Source: Eledone cirrhosa
Taxonomy: Eukaryota
Length of the DNA: 64,000 nt
Reading direction: 5' to 3'
Assembly: GCA_964016885.1 (NCBI GenBank)
Contig: CAXHJY010000035.1
Coordinates: 1-64,000, forward strand
Each line of letters starts with the position of its first letter. Positions within the stretch are counted from its first letter, which is position 1. Positions 60,389-64,000 of this stretch are shown piece by piece. The notes beneath the pieces are model-generated. The model was given only the letters and a program-made list of their open reading frames with translations. It was not told where the DNA came from and made no database searches. The translations under genes were made by a program, and so were the position numbers.

Positions 60389-60394
60389 CTATAT

Positions 60395-60513
<119 letters not shown>

Positions 60514-60519
60514 CTATAT

Positions 60520-60636
<117 letters not shown>

Positions 60637-60642
60637 CTATAT

Positions 60643-60715
<73 letters not shown>

Positions 60716-60778
60716 TCATATATATATATATAACCAACTTTTTTAAATGGAAGTTTCAATTTTTTATGGTACGTCAAA

Positions 60779-61630
60779 TCTATATATATAAAACTGTGGT
60801 TGTCTGTCTGTCTATCGATTTTTGGCACACACCTCCTCTTAGAATCTCTCACGGAATTGCACCGAAATTGCTATACTTGTACATTGAGCCCTAGTGAAGA
60901 CATCGGAAAAAAAAAATTTCAAATTGACCCACCCTATGTGACGAAATCGAATATAATGTATCGATTTTTGAGCGTAAGTTATCAGTTATTTCCTTTTGTT
61001 CTGTTTACATTGAGCGTCTTACGTAAAAAATTACGGCTTTCTCAGCGTTTAAAAAATATTGACCTGCAAAATTCATCAGTTCGAACACTAAGCTTCCGTT
61101 TTGCTTCATTTCCATTTAAAAGCATTTTAAAACAATATTTTTACTTGAAAACAAGTCTATTTAAAGACTACGTAAAACAAGCAAATATTTCGTCGTTAGG
61201 CGTGCAGACAGACAGTCGTGCAGAGAGGTGATATAGGCGTGCAGACAGACAGTCGTGCAGAGAGGTGATATAGGCGTGCAGACAGACAGTCGTGCAGAGA
61301 GGTGATATAGGCGTGCAGACAGACATAACTGATAATTTGGTTACGCTAATGTTTTTCTCTGCGTTGCAGTGTTTACATTTTCGATCTTTGTTAATAAATA
61401 ACCAGTGCAGTTTCTATCCCCACCATCCTCTTTTGTTATAACATTCGGGTTATCGTTATGTTTTCTTAACTTCATAAGGCATATTGTTGGTTGAGGGAAT
61501 ATTAATCAAAAACACCACATGCAAGTCTGCACAGTAGACACTACAGTTTTTAAGCCAAAAAAGAAACTTAACATTGTAACTTTAACACAGCTACTGAGCG
61601 ACCCCGAGCAACGCCGGGCTTTACTGCTAG
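60779..61630 (+). mobile_element. Non-autonomous Helitron with an internal 37-bp tandem repeat (61198-61323)
   Basis: A|TCTATATATATAAAA start, (GTCT)n near the 5' end, 3' cccgagcaacgccggg hairpin then CTAG|T. Confidence 0.78.
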
Positions 61631-61659
61631 TTTATTTATAAAACTGCTTATATATTGTA

Positions 61660-61721
61660 TTTTATCTGAGGAAGGCATGCCATATTTTTAATATGGTATC
61701 CCTGAAATATCTATAATGAAA
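61660..61721 (+). ncRNA. Hammerhead motif, family C (N7=G)
   Basis: ttttat-CTGAGGA-agg c atgccatatt ttt aatatggtat c cct-GAAA-T-ATCT-ATA-atgaaa. Confidence 0.75.
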
Positions 61722-61770
61722 TAGATATGGTTTTATAAATATAGTTTCCATTTGTTTAATATCGTATATA

Positions 61771-61864
<94 letters not shown>

Positions 61865-61923
61865 TATATATATATATATATATAGTTATATATATAGTTA
61901 TATATATATATATATATATATAG

Positions 61924-61984
<61 letters not shown>

Positions 61985-62696
61985 CTCAAATTTCGAATTC
62001 ACCGTCAAAACGGGGGTTACCTCCCTTGGAGAAAACCACGTGTCTATAGCGAAATTTACTACTAGAACACACCCGCTGAGGCTATAGAACGCAAAACTTG
62101 TTGAAGTAAATCCTGCAAGCGGAATTAGTCGATCTCGGATTTACAGAAACCTAGCGTGAATGTTGTATGTTATATGTGATGTATATCGTATGCTATACGA
62201 TATGCGTTATGTGTTGCATTCGGTCTCCGCGCGATGGTCCAGGTCAGTCAAAAATCTTTTCCTGGGTCCAGTCTTTTTCGTTGCTATGGCAATGCGGCTG
62301 GACTGCCGATATCTATATTTGATTTGCAAAGCTGTCTAAACGTATTGTTATAACTCTGGGGTATTATTCTCCATCGAGTGCTAAAGCTACATTCCGAATT
62401 CGCATTCGTTAGCTTAGCCGCAGCCTAAAGCTTCGTTAATGCTGTACTAAAATTTGTATATATATATATATATATAACGAAGGAAATGTGGTAAGGAACC
62501 AGGTGGACCATAACGCACCAAAGTACTCAATACTTAGGGTAGTAGAGTGGGTAATAGGAACGAGTAGGACCCCGACGGCTGAGCTCAAGCTGTTTCGACG
62601 GCTAATTCTGGACTAAATATTTAGTCCAGAATTAGCCGTCGAAACGGCTTGAGCTCAGCCGTCGGGGTCCTACTCGTTCCTATATATATATATATG

Positions 62697-63043
62697 TAAA
62701 AGTTCTATTTAAATTGTTGGGATACAACAAGCAAATATTTTTATAACTGATATAAAGCACTCAACAAATATTTGGAGTAAAAATACGATATTAACAAATA
62801 GAAACTATATTTATAAAACCATATTTATTTCATTATACATATTTCAAGGACACCAAGTTAAATTATGGAGCTTCCAACAGAAATGGTTGCATTTTTTAAG
62901 GGTATGTCAATATTTATTTATAAAACTGATCTATATTATATTTTGTCTGATGAAAGCACACCATAATTTAACTTGGTACCCTTGAAATATGTATAATGAA
63001 ATAAATATGGTTTTATAAATATAGTTTCTATTTGTTAATATCG

Positions 63044-63044
<1 letters not shown>
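62697..63044. mobile_element. Family C fold-back element; hammerhead at 62941-63001 (+)
   Basis: ttttgt-CTGATGA-aag c acacca...tggtac c ctt-GAAA-T-ATGT-ATA-atgaaa; inverted arm ~62783-62868. Confidence 0.75.
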
Positions 63045-63074
<30 letters not shown>

Positions 63075-63360
63075 ATATATATATATATGATAATAAGGGC
63101 GCTGCGTAGTTGCAAATGGGTTACATATGAAAAAAGTTTGTCCTTCATCAGTGATCTTCCAACTATCATAGGCATTTCATCGCTTTAAAGACCATATACC
63201 TCCGGTTGGTGCGAGCAACGGCTAAAAAAAGTTGTTGGGACACGTAAATAAAGGGGACGCGAGGGTAAACAAACAAAATGGTGAGGCAACAGAAAGTGAG
63301 GAAGAAAGAGACAAGTCCCAGATTTCTAGGAATTTAAGTTCGGTGAAATCGTGAACGAGA

Positions 63361-63534
<174 letters not shown>

Positions 63535-63551
63535 TATATATATATATATAT

Positions 63552-63633
<82 letters not shown>

Positions 63634-64000
63634 AGAGAGAGAGAGAGAGATTAGAGGATGTAGATATGGATGATGCTTTTTGGGGGGGTTTCGTGTCTGT
63701 TCTGTGAGACGGAGTTGTGTATGTCTGTGTGTATGTGTCTGTGTATGCATGTGTGCGTATGTGTGTCTGTGTATGTGTGTGTGTATGTATGTCTATGTGT
63801 GTATGTGTCTAGGTGTGTGTATGCGTTTATGGTGTGTCTGTATGTGTGTGTTTATGTATATGTGTGTGTGTATGTGTGCATGTGTATCTATGTATGTCTG
63901 TGTCTGTATGTATGTATGTCTGTGTCTGTGTGTGTGCGTGTGTATGTGTGTATGTGTGTGTATGTATATATGTGTGTGTGTGTGTCTAAGTGTGTGTGTG

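Overview
This is an extremely microsatellite-rich animal intergenic or intronic window with no credible host protein-coding exon. The SINE types and repeat density suggest a cephalopod such as Octopus; that is inference. Almost all ORFs in the track are translations of simple repeats. Ordinary content: very long simple repeats, minisatellites (69, 37 and 17/18 bp), tRNA-derived Nin/Deu-domain and CORE SINEs, LINE fragments (L1/Tx1, RTE, RLE-type R4/Dong-like), non-autonomous Helitrons and MITEs. Main observation: the (TA)n tracts contain about 10 unrelated families of short non-coding elements, each carrying a minimal type I hammerhead ribozyme motif (stem I-CUGANGA-stem II-GAAA-stem III, often palindromic-NUH-stem I). 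About 25 complete or partial motif copies were read by eye, with N7 variation, stem covariation and one U3-A8 core variant. The elements occur as fold-back palindromes and as >1-unit repeats of 312, ~428 and 591 nt monomers, and their ends often merge into (TA)n by microhomology. This looks like a diverse (TA)n-targeted Penelope-like/retrozyme system. Structures were folded by eye and catalytic activity is untested.
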